A DNA stretch of 62,978 bases, counting the filler, from Chiloscyllium plagiosum (taxonomy: Eukaryota), in NCBI RefSeq assembly GCF_004010195.1. It is 10 parts of 9 records of this genome, joined end to end, with 100 filler letters (N's around TTAATTAATTAA, not from the genome) between each part and the next. Parts side by side here need not be neighbours in the genome. Positions count along the whole stretch, not along the records: positions 1 to 31,207 come from NC_057717.1; 9 more parts are not named here. One strand, written 5' to 3'. The position numbers were made by a program, and so were the translations under genes. Under the pieces are notes generated by a model. It worked only from the letters and a program-made list of their open reading frames with translations, was not told the DNA's origin and made no database searches. Shown one piece after another: positions 13,601-25,597 of this stretch. The stretch's first letter is position 1; every line of letters starts with the position of its first letter.

Positions 13601-15254
13601 TTAGGATATAATGTTCTAGTTTCAAATCTTCTCTCCGACAGGCAAGGCCATCGATGTCACGCTGGCCTTCCTCCTCACTAATTGCAAAACCAAACATTTT
13701 TCTCCACATCTTTGAACTTACTGATCAAAATTGCTACATTCTTGACTAGATCGTTCATATACGCTGCAAACAGCAAAGGATCCAGCACCAAGTCATATAG
13801 TAAGCCACTGAACACAAGATGTCTTCACAATGACTACCTTTGACCATTACCTTCTGCCAACAAATAAACCTTCGATGCATTTGCCAAACGGCACCAGATA
13901 CCACGAACCCTTACCATATTAAAGGTGCAAGATCTAGTCAAAAACCTGATTGAAGTCAAGAAGCATTACATCCACTTTTTGCACCCGATGTTACATCTCA
14001 TTGCCTCTCCGGAAAACAGAATCAACCACTTCCGATATGATATCACTTCCACCAAAGCCATGCTGCATTTTATTGCTTAAACCTTACAATTCCAACTTTT
14101 AATGAATGCTGTCTCTTAGATTTACTTATTAACTTCCCTCAAACTTTCTACTTTTAAACATAGGTTTATGAGTGAAACTACACATTGTCATTTAGCTCCT
14201 TTCACCCGATGATTACTTCTCTTATCTCTCTGACAGATAATTTACTCTAGCTGAAATAATCTTGTGACTCTTCTGTTTCATTCTGGGAAATGGGAATGGA
14301 ATTGAATACAATGTTGAGACCAACAACAACCTGTTTGTTCTTAACACTGTCAGTGTGTGTTCACCCTCAGAGGCAGGAAGACTTTGTGCTGATTAATACG
14401 GAAAGTAGCGCCTGATGTATCATTCTCAGCTGGCACACAACTTCCTGTTTCCATGTGCCAGCAGCAAGCCACACATCTCACTTCTGATCAGAAAATAAAC
14501 CCAGGGGATGCAATCTGGCGGAAACATCTGCCAATGTAGCCTATATCAGGACACAGAGTGTGAAGCGATCACATTGAAGTGACATTTGCAAATCGACCTT
14601 TCGATCGCTGTTTCACGGTCTGATTCCAGGACATCATTGGACGAGTCTCTCGACCATCTAACAAGCTCATTCGATTCACTAACGTCTGGGACATAACGAC
14701 ATGCACCTTGTCATGTCTTTGATCTTGTACTCTCTTTTCAGATTAATCTTCCCAGTTTTTGATTCTGTCTTCTGTATCCATCACCTTCCCAGCCGAATAC
14801 ATTCTGTTTGATCTATTTCCTAGATTTTGATCAACTAAACAAATAATACAGTTTTGTACAGACAGGTATGTTGGTGTGTCAGATTAACAGAATCAATATA
14901 TGGAGAGATCACCTCGGCTGTATCTAACTCTGACCGACATTGAATTCAAATAAAGCACAGCACTGTATGGTTTCAAACTTTGCAAATCCTCTCTCTTTGA
15001 AAGAGCTTGTTCTAACGGTTAATTATTTTCCTGATTATTTCAGAAACTATGACTAAAAATCCCTATTTTTAACAAAGTTTCAAATATTATTAAAAGTTGC
15101 AGCCCTGGCATTTCCTGCAGTGAGCTTTGTGGTGTTTAAATGTTCTGGTCAAAATTTGCTTCAAGCAGAAGACTTAAACATTGGTTTCTCCGAGTTCTCA
15201 GCCATTGCCCTTGCAGTTCCACAATAACTGCAAGCGATTGATAAGCCCCAGAAT

Positions 15255-16320
15255 TAACAGAATGTCCAGGCCCTGTACACATCCAAACGCCATGATGTCG
15301 GCCTCTAAGCCCTCCGTTTTTTCCTGTCACGCCAACCCAAGCAGTACATGCTCAACCTCAACTACATTTCCTTTCAATCCTCCCACTTCCTCCAAACCAA
15401 AGGAATAGCCATGGAAACCCAGCTATACCTGCCTCTTCGTCAGATATGTGGAACAGTCAATCTTCCACAGCTACACCGGTATCATTGCCCACCTTTACCA
15501 CCGCTACATTGATGACTGTATCAACGCCACCTCATGCTACCACTAGGAGGTTGAACAGTTAATCAACTTTACTAAAGCCTTCCACACTGTCCTAAACTTC
15601 ACAGGGACCATCTCGGACACCTCCCTCCCTTTCCTAGACCTCTCCACCTCTATCTCCAGTGACCGACTAAACATTTAATACAAGCCCACTGACTGCCACA
15701 GCTACCTGGGCTACACTCCTCCCACCCGACCTCCTGTAAAAATGCCATCCCTTATTGTCATTTCCTCTGCCTACACTGCACCTGCTCCCAGGAGGACCTG
15801 TTCCCAGATGACCTCCTTTTTCAAAGACTGCAATTTCCCCTCCCATGTGGTCGACGATGCCCTTGAACCCCATCCCTCCAATCGCAACAGGGAGCCCTCC
15901 TGGCCCTCATCTTCCACCGCACCAACCTCGCATACATCATATCATCCTCCGCTGCTTCCACCACCTGTAAACAGACCCCATCACTCGGGGTATATTTCCC
16001 TCCCTACCCCTATCTGCATTGGGGAGACACCATTCCCTCCACGACTCCCTCGTCAGGTCCATGCCCCTCCATCAGCCCACACCTCCCCCCTCACCTCCGA
16101 CAAGGCCCCAAACGATCCCACCACATCCCAGAGAAATTTGTCTATACTTCCACAAATGTCATCCACTGTGTCTGTTCCACCTGCTGTGGTCTTCTATACA
16201 TCAGGGAGACAGGACACGAACTTGCGGATCATTTCAGAGAACATCTCTGGGACACCCGTGCCAACCAACCCCACGGCCCCGTGGCTGACCACTTAACTCC
16301 CTCTCCCACTCCACCAAGAA
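15255..16320 (+). mobile_element. Penelope-like element remnant, copy B
   Basis: Paralogous to 5218-6345; RYIDD and LPFLDL motifs with stops and deletions. Confidence 0.9.
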
Positions 16321-16861
16321 AAGTCCGGTCATATTCTGTTCATTTCCAATGAATAAATACAAAATAACCGAGCCTGAATTTGGGATGCTATTAACAGGAT
16401 TTATTTTGATCTAAGCACGAACAGATTATTTTGACATAACAGGTGGAGAGATTCACTTCCTGAAAAAGCAGCTCAAGTGAGAGAAACTGGCACCAAACCG
16501 AGTTTGGTCAATACTGAGGCAAAAATACAGCATACAGTCTTGAGTGAAATAAATAAAGAAACTATCTTAACACCGGAACAAGATAGAGCGTATTAAATAT
16601 GAACAAAGGCACATGCATCTTAGGATATAATAGAAAAGTAATTTATAGTACATTGAAATGCAAACAGAGATGTGAATTTGTGTCTCGACATTCTTCCTAG
16701 CTAAATTAATCATTTCAGAAATGCCTTTGTTAAATTTCATGAATCATTCGTTGGTCCATTCCACGAACATTGCTAGGTCCTTGTTAAATTCTGAACCATC
16801 GCCTTCCAGGTTCACAGTGGTTGCGAGTTTCATGTTACAGCAAATTGTGAAGTTGTGCACT

Positions 16862-19381
16862 GTATGCCAATGTCTTAGTTAAAAATTTAAAGCAATCACA
16901 GCTCGAAACATTTACAAAATATCACGATGGATCTTCCTGGAATCCAAAAAATTGTCCCTTTGATCAATGATTTCTAAAATTTACTAACATATCTGTTGTG
17001 AAGGACGTTTTCAAATAACTTGAAGTGCAAATGGTTCACATCAGTCGGAATACAGTAACATTTCATGTGTTACCCCATACCAAAAGAAATCAAGCAATAT
17101 TCACGAGTTGCTCTCAGCAAGTCTATGATGGACTGTTTTATCAAACAAAATCATTTCCAATGTTGTGAGGGCTTGTCTATCTTCTGTGCAATGGTCTGAA
17201 TTTTGTGTCTGACTGCAGATGAAACTGGCTGATCTGGATAAAAGTACAGTTTGTGCCTTTCACGTTGTTAATGTATATTGCTGACTTTAGTTGAATAAAG
17301 TGATGTTGTCCCAGGCATCGTCTGGCACCATTAATTAGACCATTAATTTCCACATCACTAGCCAGACTATCAGGTGGGGTGTATTGATCTCATTGAAACG
17401 AATGCTTGGAATATTTCCGGTATGAATCATGTGAAGTGGAGCCTCTGAATGAGACATAGAACATAGAACAATACTGCACAGAACAGGCCCTTCGGCCGTC
17501 GATGTTGTGCCGAACATTTGTCCTAGCTTAAGCACCTATCCATGTACCTATCCAATTGCCACTTAAAGGTCACCAATGATTCTGACTCTGCCACTCCCAC
17601 AGGCAGCGCATTCCATGCCCCCACCACTCTCTGGGTAAAGAACCTACCCCTGACATCTCCCCTCTACCTTCCACCCTCCACCTTAAATTTATGTCCCCTT
17701 GTAACACTCTGTTGTACCGGGGAAAAAGTCTCTGTCTATCTATTCCCCTGATCATCTTATAAACCTCTATCAAGTCACCCCTGTTTCTTCGCCTTTCCAA
17801 TGAGAAAAGGCCTAGCACTCTCAACCTATCCTCGTACAACCTATTCTCCATTCCAGGCAACATCCTGGAGACAAAGTAGGAAAGATGAATTTCGAGTAGT
17901 AGGAGGTTTTTACGACAGAGCGAGATCACTTCACCCATCGCACCTGTATCACTTTATAGCATGTTGTCCATAACCGTGAGAGCACTGGAAACATTCAGGA
18001 ACATTGTGTAGGGTCTAATCCAATATCAACATAGATATGATCTCCAATGCTGTAAATCCTGGCTTATGGGAAAAAAGTAGGGGAAGAACTGTATCAATAT
18101 TCAAACAGTTGGTACAGCCCGGAGGAGCTAATAGGCCCATTTCTAAACCTTGTTCCTCAGGATATTTTGACTATTCTTGACTTAATATCATTGTAAACTG
18201 ACATGAAAAAAATGCAGACATGCTCCCCAGAAATGCTGACAGCAACATACCTTTATTCAGCCAAGATCAGCAACATGAATTAAGAAAGTTTAAAAAAATC
18301 TTTCTTTTAACTGATTATTGACAACACGAATTTCACAAAGCGCAAAGTACAGAGGGGAAGGGTGGAGGGGTGGGGGTGGGCGATGTTCGCTATTCCCTGA
18401 TGTCTGGTTGCGTTTGTGAGCAACAGATGAACCTGCGAACCATATTCAGGATGGTACTGCAGGTATTTCAGCAGATACTGTGTACACGGAATTCTCCCAT
18501 AAATCAGCAATGACATGAACATTTTTTTTTTTTTGGTGTTTGAAACCAACTAAAATTGAACAATATGGTGGGAGAAGTTCCTTTCATTTCTTTGAACTAG
18601 TAACAAGGGACGCTCTTTGTGGACCTGGGGTGGCAGGACGATCTTTCACAGCAGAATGTGAGGGAACAGAATCATGTTGGAAATCCAGATAGATTGGAAC
18701 TTGTTTCACTGGAGGGTGAGAGTTCGGGGAGGGGGGTGACCTCATATAAGTTTATAAAGCCATGAGTGGAAAGGTGAATGGCTCTAAATGACATGATTCA
18801 TACTGGAAATGTACGAAGCTTTCGTTTCAAAAATATCACATATCAATAAAGTCCACCTGACCCTACGGCTAGTGATGTGGAAATTAATGGTCTAATTAAT
18901 GGTGCCAGACGATGCCTGGGACAACATCACTTTATTCAACTACAGTCAGCAATATACATTAACAATGTGAAAGGCACAAACTGTACTTTTACCCACTTCA
19001 GCCAGTTTCATCTGCAGTCAGACACAACTTAAAATTCAGACCATTGCACAGAAGATAGACGAGCGCTCACAACATTGGAAATGATTTTGTTTGATAAAAG
19101 AATCCATTGTAGACTTCCTCAGAGCAATTCGTGTCAACAAACTTGTTTTTTTGTGTGTGTGGGGGGTAGCGCACGAAATGTTACTTTAATCCGATTGATG
19201 TGAACCATTTGCACTTAAGAAGTTGTTTGAAAACGTCTATCACAGTAGATACGCGAGTAAATTTTACAAATCATTGATCAAAGGGGACAATCTTTTTTGG
19301 ATTCGAGGAAGATCCACAGTGATATTTTGTAAATGTTTGGAGCTGGGATTGTTTTCAATTTTTGACCCAGACATTGGTGTA
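16862..19381. repeat. Long inverted repeat (arms about 16862-17443 and 18780-19381)
   Basis: The arms are reverse complements, e.g. CCCAGGCATCGTCTGGCACCATTAATTAGACC versus GGTCTAATTAATGGTGCCAGACGATGCCTGGG; also present in C (about 32933-33518 and 34912-35492). Confidence 0.9.
17454..17870 (-). mobile_element. CR1 LINE 3' fragment, copy B
   Basis: Paralogous to 3770-4182; RLRVLGLFSLERRR motif. Confidence 0.9.
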
Positions 19382-21545
19382 TTTCCCCTATGGTGGGGGA
19401 TTTCATCAATAGGGAACATGTTTTTCCAATGAGAGGAGAAAAAATTTAAAAAATATATCAAAGACAACCTTTTACACAGAGAATGGTTTGTGTGTGGGAT
19501 GATTGGGTGGTGGATACTTACAACCTTTAGAAGACATTTGGATCAGTAAATGAATATCAAATGTTTGGAAGGATATGGGCCAAGTACAGACAGGTGGGAT
19601 TCATTTAGTTTGGGATTAGGACTGGCATGGACTGGTTGGACCAAGGGGTCTGTTTCCATGCTGTATCACTACATGACTCTCTGACTATTTATCAATTTTT
19701 CTCAATATTAAACAGTGTTGTAGTGATCCTTGAATGAACTGTTGATGTTAAGGTTGTGTCTGAGACTCTGCGAATATTTCCTTCAATGAGAGGAGTGACT
19801 AGTTCTCCAAGTTACACAACTGAAAATAAACTTTTCTCCAACATTGTTGCTGAGTCGATTTGTTTCTTCGGAGGTGGTGGTTATAGTTTGCAGTTGACTT
19901 TCCACCAACTGGTCAACAGTGAGACAAAATATCTCTGATCCACTACAGAAACTCCACCTGCTTCCAGTAAATGAAACTGGGAACTCAAGGACCTTTTCTG
20001 CAGTCAGCTTAATTGCTGCCAACTATTGTATCCGGCCGATTAAACGGAAAATGAATCAACTAAAATAAAGTCCTACCAAACAAACTATATTTTCCCATTT
20101 ACTCACAATGGATACATTTCACTTGGCATTTCTCCCTTTAAAAGGAAAGTCACTGAATACAGCATTCACTGTATGACTATCAGAAAACAGGACATTGAAT
20201 GCAGTGACGTTCTGGTTAGTTCAGTTTTTTTTATTGAGTATCTTTAAAGCTCCTGAATATGAAGTTAATGGATCCAAAATCCCACATTGCAGTAACATTT
20301 GTTATCATCTCAAAGTAAATTAACAAAATTGAATTGGTTCAAACTCACATCACTTGTTACACCATTCTCTGATTCATGTATCTCATTAAAACTGAGTGGG
20401 CCCTTTATACATGGTTAACACTGGTGTAGTGTAACAGCGAATTTTTGCTGATTTTTATGAGTTAACTGCCCTGTCAGAGCTATCAGTGAGCAGAGAAATG
20501 TACTGTTTATAACCTACATTCGTGGTAATTATTACTGTAATACTCTCTAATTTAACCAAATATTCCTGATGTACCCAGACTGTTACATGCAATGGTTTAG
20601 ACGTTGAGGATTTAAAAAAAACTTCGGGACTGTCTTGTTCTAGTTCATTAGATGCTCTTTCAAAAGTTTACTTAGGTGTTATGTGTCACTGCGGACTCAC
20701 ATTTTGTTTCTCAGGCACACAGCTTTCCTTTACTGTGCATTTTAGTGTCGGAGCAATTTGGGAAAAAAAGATGCAGGGAGAGACATTCTGCAATGTAAGG
20801 AGGTGCTTCTAATCTCCGGGTCCAAACTGCTTAGTGACATACACTCACATTCTGAACATAATCACTTTAGACATGCTCCATATTAGGTTGCCGAAACTGA
20901 ATTTAGAAACGCAGATTAGAAATGGTATGTTATTTTGTAATGTGAGAGAGACTTTGAGTGACAGCAAAAATAAAGTCATTCATTTTGTTGGCTAATAATA
21001 TTATTGAAGTTCTTTTTAGCTTTATCTGCTTGTGGTGGAATGTGGGATTAAAGGGAGTTAACTTCTAATTGAATATTCTTAATATAATCACTTTGGACAT
21101 GCTCTGTATTCAGTTGCCTAAATTGAATTTTGAAATGTTTAGTATGAATTACATGTTATTTTGTAGTGCGACAGAGACTTGCAGTATCCAGGGAAGAAAA
21201 GCTCAACTGTTTTATTAGCTAGTAATATGTTTGAACTTTAATTTTAGTTTTATCTGCTTATGAATGAATGTAGAAATAAAGGGAGTTAACTTCCAGTTGA
21301 ATTTGTTTTTTTTTTAAACAAAATACATGCAACGACCATGTGAAACAGACCTAAAGCTACTCAAATTTACTTCAAAAGAAGCTATTCAGCAAAACAAATA
21401 TCCCAAGATGTGTATGTGTCCATGTTTAAGCAGAACCTCATGGAAAGACATGATCCCATGTGTTCGGGCTGTGCAAACTGATACCAGGATCCAGTCTGAG
21501 CCTCCAGCAGGAAACCAACATGTGGAAGCTGTAAGCCTGCCCCTT

Positions 21546-21562
21546 CCAATGGCCATATAAAT
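21546..21562 (+). promoter_or_regulatory. TATA box (21556-21562) of VH promoter, cluster B, with adjacent CCAAT sequence
   Basis: CCAATGGCCATATAAAT about 87 nt upstream of the ATG; CCAAT reads CCGAT in A and C, so it may be incidental. Confidence 0.65.
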
Positions 21563-21648
21563 CCGGGGCACTGGACCGAAATTCAACTCTCCTGGGTCGG
21601 CTCTGTTTAGAAAGATCTTGACAGAACGGCTTCCCACAAGTTAACAGA

Positions 21649-21697
21649 ATGATTGTGTCGACACTTTTTCTCAGTTTGTTGCTGACTTTCTTATCAT
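21649..21697 (+). CDS. IGHV: IgM VH leader exon, cluster B (open)
   Basis: MIVSTLFLSLLLTFLS + T|gtgagt; 127-nt intron to the AG at 21823-21824; the spliced signal peptide ends ...SCVQS. Confidence 0.93.
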
Positions 21698-21824
21698 GTG
21701 AGTGTTTGTTGTTCAAGTCTCTCTTTGTGACTGTCTCAATATTAGTCTACGGCAGGAATGTAAAAGACTCAGCCATCATTTCATCAGCATTAATGCTCAT
21801 GGTTTATTTGTTTTCTTTTTAAAG

Positions 21825-22128
21825 GTGTCCAGTCGGGGGTTGTTTTGACCCAGCCAGAGGCAGAGACTGGCCGTCCCGCAGGCAGCCTGAAACTGACCTG
21901 TAAATCCAGCGGGTTCGATCTTAGCAGCTACGCCATGCACAGGGTCCGACAGGTTCCCGGACAGGGTCTGGAGTGGCTGCTGTACTACTATAGTTCATCC
22001 AGCAGTAACTATGCACCAGCGATTAAGGGTCGATTTACTGCGTCCAAAGACACTTCAAACAAAATTTTCGCGTTGGACATGGAGAACCTGAAGATCGAAG
22101 ACACCGCCATCTTTTACTGTGCAGGAGA
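21825..22128 (+). pseudogene. IGHV: IgM VH exon, cluster B: open frame, conserved Trp changed to Arg, RSS lost
   Basis: [49 protein letters not shown]...[10 protein letters not shown] is a typical shark IgM VH. WVRQ is RVRQ, no heptamer follows, and the frame stops at 22154-22156. Confidence 0.92.
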
Positions 22129-22232
22129 GCCAAACCAAACTCAACACAGAATCTGAGTTTCATTTAATTCAGAAATTAGTCACATGAAGAGAAAGTTTTT
22201 AAAAAGTCACTAAGAAAGTTCAAAGTTCTTAC

Positions 22233-22282
22233 CTGAAGTCACTGTCACCGTGGTCCCTTGGCCCCAGTAGCCAAAGTTATAT
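22233..22282 (-). other. IGHJ: Joined D2-JH segment (inverted relative to V)
   Basis: Minus strand: ATATA (first 5 nt of D2) + ACTTTGGCTACTGGGGCCAAGGGACCACGGTGACAGTGACTTCAG|gtaag = YNFGYWGQGTTVTVTS, with WGxG motif and an intact donor. Confidence 0.93.
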
Positions 22283-22310
22283 CACTGTGAGACACGTTGT
22301 GTCAAATACT
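22283..22310 (-). other. 12-spacer RSS, 5' RSS of D2, cluster B
   Basis: Heptamer 22283-22289, 12-nt spacer, nonamer 22302-22310; identical to 39029-39056 in cluster C. Confidence 0.9.
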
Positions 22311-22613
22311 ATGACTGACCGTAAACTGTAAAATGCAGAGAATTTCTTCACTTTCTAGAAAGCAGTGATTCAGACTCCTCTAAAAATGATTTGGTGCATT
22401 ATTTCAGGTTTTACTATTCATCGTATTTTGAAAGCTTGGAATACTTTTCCAGGTTTGGTCTGCATTTAACTTGACAATCAACACGAAGAAGGTAGAAACA
22501 AATTATACATTTGTACAAACTAGCACTACCAGATTGCGTTTAAATTGCATCTCACATTATTTCTCGCTCCTGCCATGGTAGAAATCACCAATTTGAGATT
22601 AACACTTGTCAGT

Positions 22614-22693
22614 GGTTATTGTATGAGGATGTCGCTGTGCACAACACTGTGACGCACTGTAGTATCACAATGATGTAGACCAGTACACCTATT
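22614..22693 (-). other. D1 segment (22652-22665) with 12- and 22-spacer RSSs, cluster B (inverted)
   Basis: Minus strand: cattgtg-ATACTACAGTGCGT-cacagtg-22 nt-acaataacc; the 5' nonamer is degenerate (aataggtgt). Confidence 0.9.
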
Positions 22694-23053
22694 CTCTGTT
22701 CTTTACTCCAGATCTCAGTTTTCATTTAAAAGAGCCATTTAGTACTGATCATGTTTAGAATGAATGCCATAGTTGACATACCAATTAGCAGTGATTTCCT
22801 GAGCTGTCAGATATATTAAAACTAACATTTTGTCCGAGCATTTAATTGATGGAAGTGTTAGCAGTACATATGACATGCCCAAAACATTGCCCCATTGTGT
22901 CACCAGTTTGCTAGTTTAAATGGTACATTTCCTCTTTTATAGTTTTGTAAGAGGCAGCCTGAGGTCTGCTTCAGATCGCAGTTGGTATAATTGCATTTAA
23001 AACTCGTACTGACCGTCAGTTTATGATGGAATTGACAAAATGTTCCCTCGAGC

Positions 23054-23071
23054 TGTTTTTGAACGGGTCCA
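23054..23071 (-). other. Truncated V 23-RSS (nonamer plus 9 nt of spacer; heptamer missing)
   Basis: Minus strand TGGACCCGT-TCAAAAACA equals 38269-38286 of cluster C; the 21 nt CACAGCGAGAGGAACCAGGGC are absent. Confidence 0.9.
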
Positions 23072-23256
23072 ATTGGTGTTTTCTTTCTGGTGAGGAGATT
23101 GACTCTCTGGATTACTTTCACTACCAATATTTGTGAAGTTCTTTTGTTTCTCATGAATCATTTCTGCATTTGTTAAACTTATACGACATATTTTTCTCTG
23201 CTTGATTGAAAACATAACATCCATTTGTAACAGTCTGAAAAACAACTTAAGGCAGA

Positions 23257-23463
23257 AACCCGCAAGTGTGAGAAATGAAAAAAAACGAGTTTTCAATGCA
23301 TTGACTTTAAAAAAAAAACTCAGTTCTAATTATAAACTAATTGAATTTTGTTTTCAGTAACCCGCAAGTGTGAGAAATGAAAAAAACGAGTTTTCAATGC
23401 ATTGACTTAAAAAAAAAAACTCAGTTCTAATTATAAACTAATTGAATTTTGTTTTCAGTAACC
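23257..23463 (+). repeat. About 102-bp tandem duplication specific to copy B
   Basis: Two near-identical units starting AACCCGCAAGTGTGAG; single copy at about 40278-40384. Confidence 0.92.
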
Positions 23464-24724
23464 TCATTCAAAATAAAATTTGGGACCAAAATCTGAAACT
23501 GCAGAATTGATCAGATTATGCAATTGAAACTAACTTAAAATTATAATGTGGTAATATTTGTCCATTCAGTAATTTTGTTTTGACCATGAAGTAATTAATC
23601 AATATATACCTTCAACCGCTCCACTGTGTGCTGCACAAGATTGTCACGATCAAGAAGGGTGTACAGGTTGGAAATAAATTGAACTGTTGCCGGAAACTTT
23701 ACAGCTTTAAGTGTTAAGTCCCCTCATAAACAAGGTTGCTGTTATGACTTGTTATTTCTATTCAATTTAATCATTAGTTTGCTTGATTCTGAGCAGCTTT
23801 GTTAGACTTCAATTTGTTTTTTTTTGTGAGGTTACATCATGTTCTTGGTTCTGTTGAAAATGTTTGCAGAGCTAGTTCTGCTGCAAACACACCGTATTAT
23901 GATCTGGTGATCGTTGATCTGTTGAGGAGGGAATGTGCTTGGGTAACATTAAATGTATTATATTTGGGAAACCGTTTCCGGTTTCTACATTGTTGGTGAC
24001 GTGAACCGCTCCAGGTTCACCATTCAATGCAATCAGCATGCGAGTTGAAATTTAATAAAGCCTATTATTAAGTCAAAGGCAAATCGCAAAGGTTTTAGAA
24101 ATGAAGGGAAAACAGATACCTTCGGGCGCCATTTTTACTTAAAATAAATAATTAAGTATTTTTCTAATCCATGCTTTACAATCCAAATTCAGAACTCAAC
24201 TATCTAGTTCAATCACAAGGTCTGTCTTTAAACAGTTTACAAGTCATAGATAAATATAAATAGAATTTCAAAAGCCTAATGTTCTAATATTTCTTCCTCT
24301 TGAGCAAAAATGCCATGACTGTGTTATAATTGATCAGGAAACACCTTTCAATTCCGCTGTACACTACATATATATTTTTCTGGCTGGAAAAGATCATTGG
24401 CAAAGACCATTTGGAAATTCTGCTCAATTCTATGAAGAACAGATCAGTTTCACTGCTTTGATCGGTTTCACACGTAACTTGAGTTAATTAATTGTTATGT
24501 CCCTGATTAAACTGGATTTGCAGGATAAAAATAAAACATTAACTGAATTATTTAATCTGCACAGTGCTTTAGGTGTTCCCAATCTGTGTATTTTAAATAA
24601 ATAGTTACATTTGACTGCAAAATATCAACTGAAGAGTCATTCTTTAGGAAACAACTGCTATAGTGAATTATGTGTCCAAGGCCAAATTTCGAATTACTTA
24701 AAATAACCCACTCATGAACTCGCA

Positions 24725-25065
24725 GGGCAGCATGGTGTCTCAGTGGTTGGCACTGCTGCCTCACAGTGCCAGGGTCCCAAATTCGATTCCACCCTCGGGT
24801 GAATGCCTGTGTGGAGTTTGCACATTCTCCCTGTGTCTGCATGGGTTTCCTTCGGGCGCTCTGGTTTCCTACCACAGTCCAAAAGTTGTGCAGGTCAGGT
24901 GATTGTGAAATTTAGCACAGCCATAGTGTTCAGTGATGTGTAGGTTAGGGTGCATTAGTCGGGGTGAATATAAATTAGGGGGAATGGGTCTGGGTGGGCT
25001 ACTTACTGTTCAGAGGGTCAGTGTGGAATTGTTGGGCCAAATGGCCTGTTTCTATACTGTAGGAA
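24725..25065 (+). mobile_element. HE1-type tRNA-derived V-SINE (paralogue about 41965-42235)
   Basis: tRNA-like head GGCAGCATGGTG..CAGTGGTTGGCACTGCTGCCTCACAG, central GTGTGGAGTTTGCACATTCTCC and CR1-like tail. Confidence 0.85.
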
Positions 25066-25309
25066 CTCTATTCTTAAAACCATGGGAGTACTTGCTGCAA
25101 ACGCAGAGCATTCATTTTACATCGATGTGTTCAGACGTATGCAGAGTTCACAAGTTTGCAGAAGACATGAACTAAAGGATAACAGAGCACATTGTTTATT
25201 CAGACACTGGAAAAAAGAGTAATATGTATTTTAATTAATATACTTGACCGATTTATTGCAATGTAGCGATCGGAAGGAATCTGCTCACATTAGTTAAGTG
25301 TGACAATCA

Positions 25310-25597
25310 TTTAGATTAGATTTCCTGCAGTATGTATCGGGCCATTTGGCCCAACAAGTCCACACCGACCCTCTGAAGAGTAACCCAGCCAGACCCATTC
25401 CCCTACCCTATATTTACCCCTGACTAATGCACTTAACACTATGGACAATATAGCATGAGCAGTTCACCTGACATGCACATCTTTGGATTGTGGGAGGAAA
25501 CATTCACAGACACAGGACACATTGTATAAACTTCATATAGGCAGTCACCCGAGGCTGGAACCGAGTCTGGGTACCTGGACCTGTGAGGCAGCAGTGC
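25310..25597 (-). mobile_element. HE1-type SINE (paralogue about 42478-42762)
   Basis: Reverse complement of the SINE body with an (AATCT)n tail. Confidence 0.8.

Noticed and set aside
21327-21560. 77-aa ORF open in all three VH promoters (also 188-484 and 37445-37678)
   Set aside because: Recent paralogy explains the conservation, many differences are non-synonymous, there is no recognisable domain, and its stop is part of the TATA box.
24127-24135. YY1/muE1-like CGCCATTTT in the J-C intron (also 41070) as an intronic enhancer
   Set aside because: A single short motif without an evident E-box/octamer cluster; conservation is expected between recent paralogues.
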